Assembly: GCA_030429545.1 (NCBI GenBank) | Contig: JAUIFF010000001.1 | Location: 467,599 to 531,598, forward strand | DNA length: 64,000 bases | Source: Polyangia bacterium | GTDB lineage: Bacteria > Myxococcota_A > Polyangia > Nannocystales > Nannocystaceae | Direction: 5' to 3' | Part shown: positions 18,191 through 28,100 of the stretch, piece after piece | Numbering within the stretch: position 1 is the stretch's first letter | How the letters are laid out: every line of letters begins with the position of its first letter | Notes under the pieces: generated by a model | What the model saw: only the letters and a program-made list of their open reading frames with translations | Database searches by the model: none | Told to the model about the DNA's origin: nothing | Position numbers and translations under genes: made by a program

Positions 18191-20002
18191 ATGAAGATCG
18201 AATGCGACAATTGCGGAGCCAAGTACTCTATCGCGGACGAAAAGGTTCGCGGAAAGACCTTCAAGATACGCTGTAAAAAATGCAGCAACGTCATCATCGT
18301 GCGAGACAAAGCGTCGGCCGAGGCCGAGGCAGAGGCCGACGGCGGTGAAGAAGACGGAGCTGCAGGATGGCACTTGGCCATCGACGGCGAGACCGTTGGC
18401 CCATTGTCCGAGCAGGACGTGCGCGACCGGTTCTCCCGCGGCGAGATCGATCGCGACACGTCGGTGTGGCAAGAAGGTTTTGACGACTGGCTGTTGCTTG
18501 GTGATGTCAGTACCTTCAGTGATTTAGTTGCAACAGCAAGCGTCCCGGCCAGCGCACCACTCGGCGACCTCGGTGGTGGCGGCGAAGACGACGATCCCTT
18601 CAAGGGAACCGGCATCGGTGAAAGCGACGACTACGGCGGTAGCAGCGAAGCAGCCGCGTCCTCGTCGTCGTCTGGGTTTGGTGACTCCGGTTCCGACTTC
18701 GGTGCAGATACATCCTCACCGGGGCTCGACAGCGGTAGCTCCGAGCCCGCCTCGCCGCGTGTCAACCAGCTCAGCGGTGCACGCAACGAGAACTCGGTGT
18801 TGTTCTCGCTCGACAGCCTGTCGTCGGTTGCCATGGGTGGCGCAGCGAAGTCGACCACAGCCAATGCATCTACACCTTTAGGTGGCGGTGGCCTTGGCGG
18901 CGGCCTCGGTGGCGACCTCGGCGGAGGAGGAGGCCTCGGTGGCGGTGGCGGTGGCGCAGCAGCTCCGTCAGCCACCGGCAACAGCGAAGGTTCTGGCCTC
19001 ATCGATATTCGGGCCATGGGTGCCATGCTCGGTGCTCAAGGGGCCGCGGCCGATCCGGGAGCAGACCTCGATCAAGACCCGGCCATGGGCGCTCCACTTC
19101 CGTCTTTCGGTGGGTTTACTGGGCTTGCCGAGGCCAAGATGGACATCGGTCCGAGTGCCGAGGAGCAACAAGAGCGCCTGGTCGCAGAGGCAGCAGCAGC
19201 AGCAGCCGCCGCCGCGAGCTCCCAACCCAAGCAGTCGAACGCACCGCTGTACATCATCATTGCGTTGCTGACCGTCGGCCTAGGTGGCATCGCTTGGTAC
19301 GTCCTCAACATGGAGCCGCCCGAGGGTAAGGAGACGATCGTCTACAAACCTGGCGAGTCCAAAACCATCATCGAGTATCGCGACCGTCCAGGTGGCGAAG
19401 CAGCCGGCGACGAAGCCGACGATGGCGGCGAGGAGACCGAGGGTGATACCGAGGAAGAGGTCAGCGACAGCGCCGGTGGAACCATCAAGCGCAAGCGCTC
19501 TGGCAAGAAAAAGAAGTCGACCAAGTCTGGCGACAGTGGCAGCGACCCGCTCGCCAACGTCGACAAACCTGTAGATACAAAGGCCGAAGACAAAAAGAAG
19601 AAGGACCAAGCCAAAAAGTCCGAGTCGGTCGAGTGTCTACTGAACCCCAAAGCACCCGGCTGCAGCGTCGGCGGCGGTGGTGGTGGCGGAAGCTCCAAGC
19701 CCAAGGACAAGCCGCCCGCAGGCAACCTGCCTGAAAGCTTGACCATGGCCGACATCAAGGCTGGGTTCTCCGGACCGAAGGCCTCTGCAAAGAGCAAGTG
19801 CAGCAGCAAGGGCAAGGCTGGCGACAAGGTCAAGGTCAAGGTCTCGATCGCTGGCTCCACCGGCAAGGTCACCAAGGCCGATGCACAAGCACCTTTCGCT
19901 GGGACAGCCGCGGGTACTTGCGTCGCCAACGAACTCAAGAAGGCCACCTTCAAGAAATTCAAGAAGACGTCGATGGGCGCCATCACCTCGGTCAAGTTCT
20001 AG
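18191..20002 (+). CDS. zinc-ribbon (MJ0042-type) + GYF-like (DUF4339) domain bitopic membrane protein with a Gly-rich region and a Lys-rich C-terminus
   Basis: It starts MKIECDNCGAKYSI...FKIRCKKCSN (a double CxxC ribbon). WHLAIDGETVGPLSEQDVRDRF...WQEGFDDW is DUF4339/GYF-like. (GGGLGG)n low complexity follows, then one TM helix (LYIIIALLTVGLGGIAWYV) and a KK-rich tail. Confidence 0.65.
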   Translation: MKIECDNCGAKYSIADEKVRGKTFKIRCKKCSNVIIVRDKASAEAEAEADGGEEDGAAGWHLAIDGETVGPLSEQDVRDRFSRGEIDRDTSVWQEGFDDWLLLGDVSTFSDLVATASVPASAPLGDLGGGGEDDDPFKGTGIGESDDYGGSSEAAASSSSSGFGDSGSDFGADTSSPGLDSGSSEPASPRVNQLSGARNENSVLFSLDSLSSVAMGGAAKSTTANASTPLGGGGLGGGLGGDLGGGGGLGGGGGGAAAPSATGNSEGSGLIDIRAMGAMLGAQGAAADPGADLDQDPAMGAPLPSFGGFTGLAEAKMDIGPSAEEQQERLVAEAAAAAAAAASSQPKQSNAPLYIIIALLTVGLGGIAWYVLNMEPPEGKETIVYKPGESKTIIEYRDRPGGEAAGDEADDGGEETEGDTEEEVSDSAGGTIKRKRSGKKKKSTKSGDSGSDPLANVDKPVDTKAEDKKKKDQAKKSESVECLLNPKAPGCSVGGGGGGGSSKPKDKPPAGNLPESLTMADIKAGFSGPKASAKSKCSSKGKAGDKVKVKVSIAGSTGKVTKADAQAPFAGTAAGTCVANELKKATFKKFKKTSMGAITSVKF

Positions 20003-20025
20003 GCAACCGAGCGTCCACAAAAGGT

Positions 20026-20056
20026 CGGGAGTGCTATGTAGCGCTCCCGATTTTTT
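20026..20056 (+). terminator. intrinsic terminator
   Basis: The stem cgggagtgc/gcgctcccg has loop tatgta, then a-ttttttaa. Confidence 0.5.
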
Positions 20057-20332
20057 AATGGTTGCAATGACCAAATAGTCATGGTGATGGGAAGCCACCC
20101 ATTGGGGGATAGAATCCTCGGATACATGTAGGGACATCCCCGCCTGTAGTCATTCGCAACAAAATCGAGAAAATGGGCTAGGCAATCGTAAAATCTTGGG
20201 GCAACGTAGAGGGGGCGATTTATCGCGGGCGACATTTGCTAAAAACCAAGGCCGTCGCTGTGCGTTGCGAAGTCCGAGTTGGGTTGTGTGGACCCCAGCC
20301 ATCTCGCTTACTGAGTCCGAGGAGCTTCCAAA

Positions 20333-21121
20333 ATGAGTGAAGAAAATTCAGCACTAATTGCTCTCAATGAGCTGCGAAACCTCGAAGAGGAGCGGCGCGC
20401 CGAAGAAGAGGCGGAACGCCGAGCAAAAGAGGAAGCAGAACGTAGAGCGCGTGAAGAAGCCGAGCGCAAAGCTCGCGAAGAAGCCGAGCGGATCGCCCGT
20501 GAAAAGGCCGAACGCGAAGCTGCCGAGCAGGCCGAACGTGAGGCCAAAGAACGTGAGGAACGCATCCGCCTGCAAGAGGCCGAGTTGCGTGCCCGTTCGG
20601 AGCAAGAGGCACTCCTGAAGCAGGAGCAGATGCGCCTCGATGCCAAGATGAAGCTCGAAGAGAAAAAAGCACGGCCGGTGTGGTTGTACGCCGTCGTCGG
20701 TATCCTCATCATCTCGATCGGCGGCATCAGCTACTACGGTTACGATCAGTTGCAACAGCAAGAAGCTGCCCGCAAGGCCGAGCAGGAGCGCAACGAAAAA
20801 CGCGAGGCCGAACGCCAAAAAGAACTCGAGAAGCTACGTGGCGAGCTCAGCAAACTCAGTGCCGAGCAGGAGCGCCTCGAGTCTGAGAAGGCCAAACTCG
20901 ACGAGAAGCTCGCCTCGGTTGAGGACGAGACCGAACGCCAGCGCCTGATGGCCGAGAAGGCCCGCCTCGATGCCGAACTTGCCGAGAACAAAAACAAGCA
21001 AAGCCGCAACAAAAAGCGTCGCAAAGGCGGAAGCAGCGGTGGCGGTGGTGGCGAGGAGCCCAAGAAGAAAAAACTCGTCGACATCAAGAAGGACGTCGAT
21101 GATCCGCTGGATGGTCTATAG
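20333..21121 (+). CDS. coiled-coil single-pass membrane protein (ER/K-rich); paralogue of 21272..22033
   Basis: It starts MSEENSALIALNELRNLEEERR. A charged EAERRA... helix is followed by RLDAKMKLEEKKARPVWLYAVV, a TM helix, a coiled coil and DPLDGL. There is no catalytic motif. Confidence 0.6.
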   Translation: MSEENSALIALNELRNLEEERRAEEEAERRAKEEAERRAREEAERKAREEAERIAREKAEREAAEQAEREAKEREERIRLQEAELRARSEQEALLKQEQMRLDAKMKLEEKKARPVWLYAVVGILIISIGGISYYGYDQLQQQEAARKAEQERNEKREAERQKELEKLRGELSKLSAEQERLESEKAKLDEKLASVEDETERQRLMAEKARLDAELAENKNKQSRNKKRRKGGSSGGGGGEEPKKKKLVDIKKDVDDPLDGL

Positions 21122-21145
21122 GACATAAAGCCAAGACAAGCGAGA

Positions 21146-21174
21146 GCGCCGGGTTTTTCCCGGCGTTTTTGTTT
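21146..21174 (+). terminator. intrinsic terminator between the two paralogues
   Basis: gcgccggg-ttttt-cccggcg followed by tttttgttt. Confidence 0.6.
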
Positions 21175-21271
21175 AACGCAGGATTGAGTGTTGATACAAA
21201 TAAAAAACCATAGACCAACAATCTAGCTGTTGCGTTTTGCTCGAGGGACGAACCCTATCGGAGTCGTTTAG

Positions 21272-22033
21272 ATGCCCTCAGAAAACTCAACACTCATTGC
21301 CCTCGATGAACTCCAACAACTCGAGCAGGAACGGGTTGCCACGGAACATGCACGCCTGCTCGCCCAACAACAGGCCGCCCGTGCAGCCCGCGAACGCGCC
21401 GAGCAACACGCGCGAGAGCTGCAACGCAGGCGCGAGCAGGAGCGACAAATCCGCGAAGCTCAGGAGCTTGCGCAGCGCCAGGCCCGAGCTCGCGAAGAGC
21501 GCCTGCGACTACAAGAAGCCGCGTTACGGCTGCAGGCCGAGCAGCAGCGTTTGCTCGAGCAAGAACGCCTACGGCTCGATGCCAAGATGAAACTCGAAGC
21601 CAAACGCGTCCGACCGGTGGGCTTGTATGCAGTGGTTGCAGGGCTGGTGCTGGCGATGGCCGGGTTGAGTACGGTCGGTATCAAAAAGTTGCAACAGCAA
21701 CGTTCCCAGTTTGCAAGCTCGCAACAGGCCCATGCGCAAGTTGAACGTGAGCGGCAGCAGGAGCTCGCCCAGTTGCGCGACGACTTGGGCAAGTTGAGTG
21801 CCGAGCAGCTTCGCCTTGAAGCACAAAAGCAACAACTCGATACCAAGCTCGCTGAGGTTGAAGATGCCGCGAGTCGGCAGGCCCTCATCGCCGAGAAACA
21901 GGTGATCGACAAAAAACTGCGGGACAACCGGCGCAAGCAGTCGCGCAAGACCCCAAAGTCCAAGCCCAAACCCGAAAAGCCGCGTATCGAAATCGTCACC
22001 AACCCCGAGGATCCCTTGGAGGGGATCAGTTAG
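21272..22033 (+). CDS. coiled-coil single-pass membrane protein (Q/R-rich); paralogue of 20333..21121
   Basis: It starts MPSENSTLIALDELQQLEQER and continues ...RLDAKMKLEAKRVRPVGLYAVV, a TM helix, KLSAEQLRLE and DPLEGIS. The architecture and motifs match the upstream gene. Confidence 0.6.
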   Translation: MPSENSTLIALDELQQLEQERVATEHARLLAQQQAARAARERAEQHARELQRRREQERQIREAQELAQRQARAREERLRLQEAALRLQAEQQRLLEQERLRLDAKMKLEAKRVRPVGLYAVVAGLVLAMAGLSTVGIKKLQQQRSQFASSQQAHAQVERERQQELAQLRDDLGKLSAEQLRLEAQKQQLDTKLAEVEDAASRQALIAEKQVIDKKLRDNRRKQSRKTPKSKPKPEKPRIEIVTNPEDPLEGIS

Positions 22034-22149
22034 ACGACCGCCCGAAGAGGGCCTTAGGTCGCCAGTTTTCCTGGCAGCGATGGTCGTCGGCGAAGTTGCC
22101 AATCAGGGCTTGTGTCGGCTCGCTCAGCGTGATAGGTAGCGTGTCCCAC

Positions 22150-22221
22150 GGCCTGGTGGCCAAGTGGTAAGGCAGAGCTCTGCAAAAGCTCTATTCGCCG
22201 GTTCGATTCCGGCCCAGGCCT
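22150..22221 (+). tRNA. tRNA-Cys (anticodon GCA)
   Basis: A cloverleaf was folded by eye. The acceptor is GGCCTGG/CCAGGCC, the anticodon stem GAGCT/AGCTC and the loop CTGCAAA (anticodon GCA). The T-arm is GCCGG-TTCGATT-CCGGC. The discriminator is U73, typical of tRNA-Cys. No CCA is encoded. Confidence 0.8.
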
Positions 22222-22223
22222 CT

Positions 22224-22254
22224 GAGCCCCGAGTTTCTCGGGGCTCTTTTTTTG
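22224..22254 (+). terminator. intrinsic terminator after tRNA-Cys
   Basis: gagccccgag-tttc-ctcggggctc followed by ttttttt. Confidence 0.7.
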
Positions 22255-22316
22255 GATATCACCCACATCCTCCCAAGGCCGTCTTCGCGCGAAGTCCCGG
22301 GTTATGCTTGCGCCAG

Positions 22317-23966
22317 ATGTCTGCCGGAGAGGGGTCGACACCGACAGGTGGGGAGTTCGTCGAGGCCGAGCTCCTAGAAGACGAGCAGGAGCTTGCGTCT
22401 GCATCGAGAGGTCCCACTCCGGTCGGGGTTGGGTCAATGCTCGCGCGCCGGTACCAACTGACCCGCCAGCTCGGAGAGGGCGGGATGGGCCAGGTGTTCG
22501 AGGCCAAGGATACCGTTTTGGGGCGCAAGGTCGCGGTCAAGTTGATCTCGCCTCATCATCAGATGGTCGATCCCCAGGCGGTCAAACGCATGTTTCGCGA
22601 GGCGCGAGCGGCCGCCAAAATTCGTCACGAAAATGTTGTGGAGATCATCGATTTTGTCGCCGACGAGCCTGCGTTTTTGCTCATGGAGCTACTCGAAGGC
22701 AAATCGTTGCGGGGGCTGTTGCGGGAGTTTCGTAGCGCGCGGCAGCTGATCCCCTGGAAACGTGTGTGTACATTTGTTGCCCAGGTGCTGGCAGCCCTCG
22801 ATGCCGCCCACCGTGCGGGCATCATCCACCGCGATATCAAGCCGTCCAACTGCTTTTTGGTGGACGACCCGTTGCGACCCGATCGGATCAAAGTTGTCGA
22901 CTTTGGCGTTGCCCGGGTTGAGCGTTCGGGCAATACCAACGAACACGGTGAGTCGCCGACGATTTCACTGGCGACCCGGCCGGGCCTGATTGTCGGGACC
23001 TCGCCGTACCTCGCCCCCGAGTTGTGGCTTGGCGATCCGGCGGATGCACGCTCGGATCTCTATGCCGTCGGCGTGATGACCTACGAATTGCTGCTCGGCG
23101 TTCGACCATTTCGCGGCTCGAACATGGAGCTCCAGCTCAAGCACACCACCCAGGAGCCAAAGTCCCCCCGCGAGCGCAAGCCCGGAGCCGGGATTCCGGA
23201 GTGGCTCAACGCGTTTGTCATGCGGCTGCTCGCCAAGCAGCCGGCCGACCGATTTGAGAGCGCACGCGAAGCATTGATGTTGTTGACCCAAGTCGCTCGA
23301 GATGAGGGGCTCGAAGTTGGTGTCGCTGCAAGTCTTGTGGCACCGGTTGTGGTCAAGCCTTCGCGCTGGCCGATTTGGGTGGCCGCGGGCTTGGGAGTTG
23401 CAGGGGTTGCCATTACCTGGCTGGTTGCCACCTCGGCGGGGGATAGGGGTGCACAACCCCAAGCTAGCGGACCCACGACGGAACTTACAGCTCGCTCCTC
23501 GGCGACCACGGGGGCGAGCCCTATCGCCGCCACGGGCTCGCAGACGGACACCGCGGTGAGCTCAACGATTGCAGATACAACTGGTGCGCAGCCCACAGAT
23601 GCAAGCACGACCGACTCCGACACAGACCTCACCGAGGGCGCCACCGAAGCTGCACAGGAAGATCCAGGGAGCGAGCCTGCGGAGGCGACGCACGGGCCAA
23701 AGTTTTCGGTGACCACGGTACGGCGCAAACTCTTGGCCACGTTTCGCACCTGTGCAAAGGAGCAAAAACTCTGGGACCCGCTCAAACTGAGTGTTTCTGG
23801 GGTCGTCACTCGACGCGGGGGGATCGAGCAGCTCGCCGTGCAACCATCGGACCGGCGAGCCTATGGGGTGATCAGTAGCTGCTTCTTGGCACGTACCAAA
23901 AAGCTTCGGGTGCCTGGGCCGCGACGCGAACATAAATTCCAGTCGCTCAAGCTCTCGTTGAAGTAG
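22317..23966 (+). CDS. Hanks-type Ser/Thr protein kinase with a TM segment and an extracytoplasmic Thr/Ser-rich C-terminal region
   Basis: Kinase motifs are LGEGGMGQVFEAKD, VAVK, HRDIKPSN, DFGVAR and SPYLAPE. One TM helix is WPIWVAAGLGVAGVAITWLVA. The track ORF begins inside the tRNA, so the true start must be downstream of 22254. The first Met is at 22317; an alternative is at 22437. Confidence 0.8.
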   Translation: MSAGEGSTPTGGEFVEAELLEDEQELASASRGPTPVGVGSMLARRYQLTRQLGEGGMGQVFEAKDTVLGRKVAVKLISPHHQMVDPQAVKRMFREARAAAKIRHENVVEIIDFVADEPAFLLMELLEGKSLRGLLREFRSARQLIPWKRVCTFVAQVLAALDAAHRAGIIHRDIKPSNCFLVDDPLRPDRIKVVDFGVARVERSGNTNEHGESPTISLATRPGLIVGTSPYLAPELWLGDPADARSDLYAVGVMTYELLLGVRPFRGSNMELQLKHTTQEPKSPRERKPGAGIPEWLNAFVMRLLAKQPADRFESAREALMLLTQVARDEGLEVGVAASLVAPVVVKPSRWPIWVAAGLGVAGVAITWLVATSAGDRGAQPQASGPTTELTARSSATTGASPIAATGSQTDTAVSSTIADTTGAQPTDASTTDSDTDLTEGATEAAQEDPGSEPAEATHGPKFSVTTVRRKLLATFRTCAKEQKLWDPLKLSVSGVVTRRGGIEQLAVQPSDRRAYGVISSCFLARTKKLRVPGPRREHKFQSLKLSLK

Positions 23967-24545
23967 TCCCCACGCGCTTTTTAGATGCGCCAGCAACGAA
24001 CTCGAAATCTTCGGTAGCTCCGTCGACTCTCGGCCGTCGGGCCCACGGTCGAAGTGGTCGGCTTGGCGGTTGCCGGCTCGGTATCTCTCAGGTCAGACGT
24101 CGATTGTGGTCATTGGCTCCGTATCGCGACCGTTCCGGCCGGTGGCGTCGTTTGATGAAGCTACAGCGACAGCACAGTCCGGGCGGCAAGTTGTTCGCGG
24201 CGACACACAAGGACTTCGCCAGCAAATGCTGGCACCGGCTTCTTTAGGGCTCTCGTCGCAAGATGTACACGCGGTGCGCGGGCTATTTTTCCCGAGGAGC
24301 CGGCCCGAAGAGGCTTGCAGTAGGCAACGAAAGCGGCGCCTCTTCAGTCTCGGTCCTCGGCCAAATCTCACCGCGACTCTTTTGGTGGGGCTTGGCTGTC
24401 TTGGCTGGGCGAGCTCCAGCCCGACGAGGCCACACAAACCTGACCAAAAGGCCCACTTGCCTTCGAGTTTGCGCGAAAGCAAGGTCAAGCGCCGAGTCGG
24501 AACAAAGCCGCGCCACGCCACGGTTGCTAGGCAGGCGTTGGCGCG

Positions 24546-25703
24546 ATGGCGCGACCTAGGATGCTCGCAAGTGGTGACAGCCCCGGTGATTTCCGGCAAG
24601 CTGCGGAGACAGTTTTGAGGATGGGCAACGATCTGACAGTCTCAAAGCGGCGCGGTGCCGTCGCCCGTACGATTGCTAATACATGTTTTGCGGGGCAAGG
24701 CTGGGCCCTCACGGCTGGCCTGTGGGTTGTGTGTCTATCGCCGGTTGCAGCGGCGGAAGAGCCTGCGTGTATCGAGGCTCGTGACTGTTACGAACTCGGT
24801 CAGGCATTTGCCGACAAGGGGGACCACAGCGAGGCGATTGCAGCATATGAGCGGGCACTCGCGCGTCTCGACGGGGCGGCCCAGGGTCCTGGAGTGCTGA
24901 TCCGACTGCGCTTGGCCGATGCCTACGCCGCGCGGTTTGACGAGAGCAACGACGTTGCCGACTTGGAGCAGGCCTGCCGTCACCAGGCTGCTGGCTTGCA
25001 GCTGTTGGTCAAGAGCCAGGCGGTCAATACTGCTGAGGTCCGTGCGGACTTATTAAGGCTTCTTGTGCATACACTAAAATCATTGGCCGCGACAAATGAG
25101 CCACGCTCGCTCGATCACGGGTGGCGACTGGTGAATGAGCTCGAAGCGATGGTGGCCCAGCCCGTGGCTGAGTTGCCCACCGAAACCCGCGAGTCCCTTG
25201 CATTTGCAATTGTCGAGCTGGCCGAGGCTGAGCTGGTGGTCGAGTACCTACCGACCCGACGTGCACGGGTGGCAGATGAGCTCGAAGCCATCACCTGGAT
25301 CCCCGTGGGGGCCGCCAGCGACCAGCTTCGTGTGTTGGTCGAGAAGCTGCGGGCGCCGCCCAAACGTGAGCCGCCAACGCCAAAAAAGCCGCCACCGGTT
25401 GAGCCTGAAAAACGGCCAAGCCCGCTCAAGTGGGCGGGTGTTGGGCTCATGGCCACCGGTGGCGTGGCCGTGGGTGTCGGCACTGGGCTCGTGATTCCCC
25501 CGCCGAAGTTGCTCGACGAATGTTGCCTCTACCGCTCCACCCGGGTGCCGGGTGCTATCGTCCTCGCCGGTGGCGTTGCGACACTTGTCACCGGGGCCAT
25601 CTTGTATGTCGTGGGTAAGCGGCGACAACAGCAAACCGTGGCGATGCTGTCCCCGGTGATCGGCGAACGTCACACCGGGTTCCAGCTCGTCGGCCGATTT
25701 TAG
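24546..25703 (+). CDS. TPR-like repeat protein with C-terminal transmembrane helices
   Basis: TPR-like helices (ELGQAFADKGDHSEAIAAYERALARL). Two C-terminal hydrophobic segments. Start uncertain; Met at 24621 gives a signal-peptide-like N-terminus. Confidence 0.45.
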   Translation: MARPRMLASGDSPGDFRQAAETVLRMGNDLTVSKRRGAVARTIANTCFAGQGWALTAGLWVVCLSPVAAAEEPACIEARDCYELGQAFADKGDHSEAIAAYERALARLDGAAQGPGVLIRLRLADAYAARFDESNDVADLEQACRHQAAGLQLLVKSQAVNTAEVRADLLRLLVHTLKSLAATNEPRSLDHGWRLVNELEAMVAQPVAELPTETRESLAFAIVELAEAELVVEYLPTRRARVADELEAITWIPVGAASDQLRVLVEKLRAPPKREPPTPKKPPPVEPEKRPSPLKWAGVGLMATGGVAVGVGTGLVIPPPKLLDECCLYRSTRVPGAIVLAGGVATLVTGAILYVVGKRRQQQTVAMLSPVIGERHTGFQLVGRF

Positions 25704-25705
25704 TG

Positions 25706-27895
25706 TCACTTGGCGGCAGGTTGACGGGCCTTGGCCGGTAGATCGTCCCAGCGCAGGTAGCTGCGGGCCATCTCGTACTCAAAAAAGCCCATCATCTTGG
25801 TCCCCAGAACTTTTTGCATGAGCGCCTTGGCGTCGGCAGCCTGTCCTTGACGCCACTTGGCCAGCCCCACGTAAAAGTATGCCTCGGCCTTTTCACCGGT
25901 GTCCTTGGCCGTGTTGAGCAGCTCATCTTCGGTGAGCTTGCCGGTTGCGTGGGCGGCGAGTTGCTGCTCCCACGACGAGCCCCGGTAGTTGGTGAGGTAG
26001 GTGACAGCTTGTTCGTCGGGCTGTTGACCCTGGCGTTGGGCCAGCTCGGTAATCCACAGGCAAAAGTAGAGTTTGAGCGAATCTTCGAGGGCATCACTCA
26101 ACACCGCGGCCCGAAACAGTTCACGGGCCTGGTTGTAAAACCCGTGGCTCACCATAAACATCATTGGCTCGGTGTAGACCTCGGGGTTTGCCGGTTGCAG
26201 CGTTCGAGCCTGGCGAAAGTCGGCGGTGCTGCGGCCCAAGTCCCCGAGCATAAACAGCAGCTTGCCGCGTTCGACGTAGTGGTGGGCGCGCTCACCCGAA
26301 CTCAGTCCGGGATATAGCAGCAGGGCGTTGAGTTGCCGCAGGGCCGTTTGAAACTGTGCGGTGGCTTCAGCTTTGTCGCCGCGCTCGTGGGCGACTTGCC
26401 CGAGGGTGAGGTGGGTCGAAGCTTCCCAACGCATGCGGTGGACTTGGTGCTCAAACGTCAGTTGCAGCAGCCGCTCAAAGTGCTGGCGTGCGAGCTCCGG
26501 GTTGCCACCCTTGTGTTCGATGGTGCCGAGCAGGTCGAGGGCAGCCGCCTGCGGTTCTAGCTCGATCGAGCGGGTCAGCAGGGTACGGGCGCGCTCGATT
26601 TTTCCGGCCTCAAACAACACCCGCGAGACGGTGAGGTAGGCCTGTGGAATCCCGGGAGAGATCGGCCGGTCGCGCCAGATTTCGGCCGCCTGGGCGTGAA
26701 AGGCCTCGATCTCTTTGAGTTCTTCGACCGCGCGCTTGGGACTGCGGCGGGCGTGGTACGAAAGTTGTTGCTGATGCAACAATGCCAGGAGCTGCCACGC
26801 CTCAAAGATATCTTTTTTGTAGGCGATGGTCCGTTCGAGCTCGGTGATCGCCGCTTCGTTGAGCCCACTCATCCGCAGGCTGCGGGCGAGCAGCAGGTGG
26901 GCATAGGGGCTGTCGGGGTAGCGGGCGATCGCCCGGCGAGCGAGGTTTTCGACAATGCCCCAGGACTGGGTCTCGTACCACGGGGCAACCGGTGAATATG
27001 CATCGGTCCGCTCCTCGGGAATAAACTGGTTGGCGAGGTCGAGCAGGGGACCGGCGGTTTTAGCTTCCCCCCCGGCACTCTCGACAAACTCCACGAGGCG
27101 CCGGGTTGGCACACTCATGTCGATCCGCTCGATGACCTTGAGGACACCACCGATGTCGTCGGCACGCAGGTACAGGCGAATCAGCATGTAACCGGTGATC
27201 TCAGCCCGGTTGCGGGCTTCGATGCCCGCCTCCGACGAACCTCCACTGAGCCGCACAGCCTGCTCGTAGCGTGCGAGGTAGAGCTCCGTGAGTCGCTCGA
27301 CCAAAAACGGCGAGGGGAACACCGCGGCGATTTCTTCAAACGACTCCTCGAGCTCCTCGTGGCGCAGCAGTGGCTCAGTTGCAAATACACTATTTTTGAG
27401 GACCCAACCCTCGATCTCCTGCCACCGCTCGAGCGCAGATGTTTTGACAGCCTCGTCGCCGACTTGGATTTGGATGGCGAGGGCAAACAGGGCCGGGCGC
27501 TCGTGGCCCTTGCGGGCAGCGAGCTTGTACACACGCTCTGCGAGGGTGGCGAGCTTTGGGTCGCTGGTGTCAATGGTTCGCAACTCGCCCGGGGTGTAAA
27601 GCGTCAACGCGTATTCGAGGCCCGAAAGCGCCTCCGCGGGATCGCCGGCCTTGAGCTGCTCTGCGATGTACCCCCGCAGGTAGCGATGCAGCCGTGCACG
27701 AAACGCGGCGCGCTGGGGGTGATCGAGGGGAATGAGCCAGTAGTTGTTCAGCGCGTCGGCAAAGTCGTCGAGATCGGCAACTTTGGCGGGAACCTCGGGA
27801 ACCTTTACCTCAGGGGGGCGCTGGGTCGCACATCCGCTTCCGGGGACCGCTGCGCAGAGGAGAAAGGCCGCAAACAGGCCTAGTTTGAATCGCAC
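25706..27895 (-). CDS. large TPR-repeat protein, probably secreted or a lipoprotein
   Basis: The N-terminus MRFKLGLFAAFLLCAAVPGSGC is signal-like. Many TPR-like helical repeats follow (YYVERGKLLFMLGDLGRSTADFRQARTL...). Confidence 0.65.
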   Translation of the reverse strand: MRFKLGLFAAFLLCAAVPGSGCATQRPPEVKVPEVPAKVADLDDFADALNNYWLIPLDHPQRAAFRARLHRYLRGYIAEQLKAGDPAEALSGLEYALTLYTPGELRTIDTSDPKLATLAERVYKLAARKGHERPALFALAIQIQVGDEAVKTSALERWQEIEGWVLKNSVFATEPLLRHEELEESFEEIAAVFPSPFLVERLTELYLARYEQAVRLSGGSSEAGIEARNRAEITGYMLIRLYLRADDIGGVLKVIERIDMSVPTRRLVEFVESAGGEAKTAGPLLDLANQFIPEERTDAYSPVAPWYETQSWGIVENLARRAIARYPDSPYAHLLLARSLRMSGLNEAAITELERTIAYKKDIFEAWQLLALLHQQQLSYHARRSPKRAVEELKEIEAFHAQAAEIWRDRPISPGIPQAYLTVSRVLFEAGKIERARTLLTRSIELEPQAAALDLLGTIEHKGGNPELARQHFERLLQLTFEHQVHRMRWEASTHLTLGQVAHERGDKAEATAQFQTALRQLNALLLYPGLSSGERAHHYVERGKLLFMLGDLGRSTADFRQARTLQPANPEVYTEPMMFMVSHGFYNQARELFRAAVLSDALEDSLKLYFCLWITELAQRQGQQPDEQAVTYLTNYRGSSWEQQLAAHATGKLTEDELLNTAKDTGEKAEAYFYVGLAKWRQGQAADAKALMQKVLGTKMMGFFEYEMARSYLRWDDLPAKARQPAAK

Positions 27896-28100
27896 CGTGC
27901 CAGTGTACTTCGGTCGGTGGCAGAGGCAAAACCCGATTGCCGCCCGAACAGATCGAAGTCACCGAGTACGCGTGTGTGCACCACGGAGCGCGGGAGTCCT
28001 GTCCGGTGCTCGGGGATCTATTGCTTTTTTGAAATCAGGCCAGAACAGCCCCAAATAGGGCGAATCAAGCCGAATCAAGCTAAATCAGAATCACGCCAGG

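Noticed and set aside
22150-22260. tRNA-Cys as an integration site of a genomic island
   Set aside because: No integrase, no direct repeat of the tRNA 3' end downstream, and no compositional shift. The downstream genes (kinase, TPR proteins) look native.
23967-24545. ORFs 24070..24618 (+) and 24093..24599 (-) in the gap after the kinase gene
   Set aside because: The products are Arg/Ser/Pro-rich with no domain features and no start context. They are treated as non-coding. A small real gene cannot be excluded.
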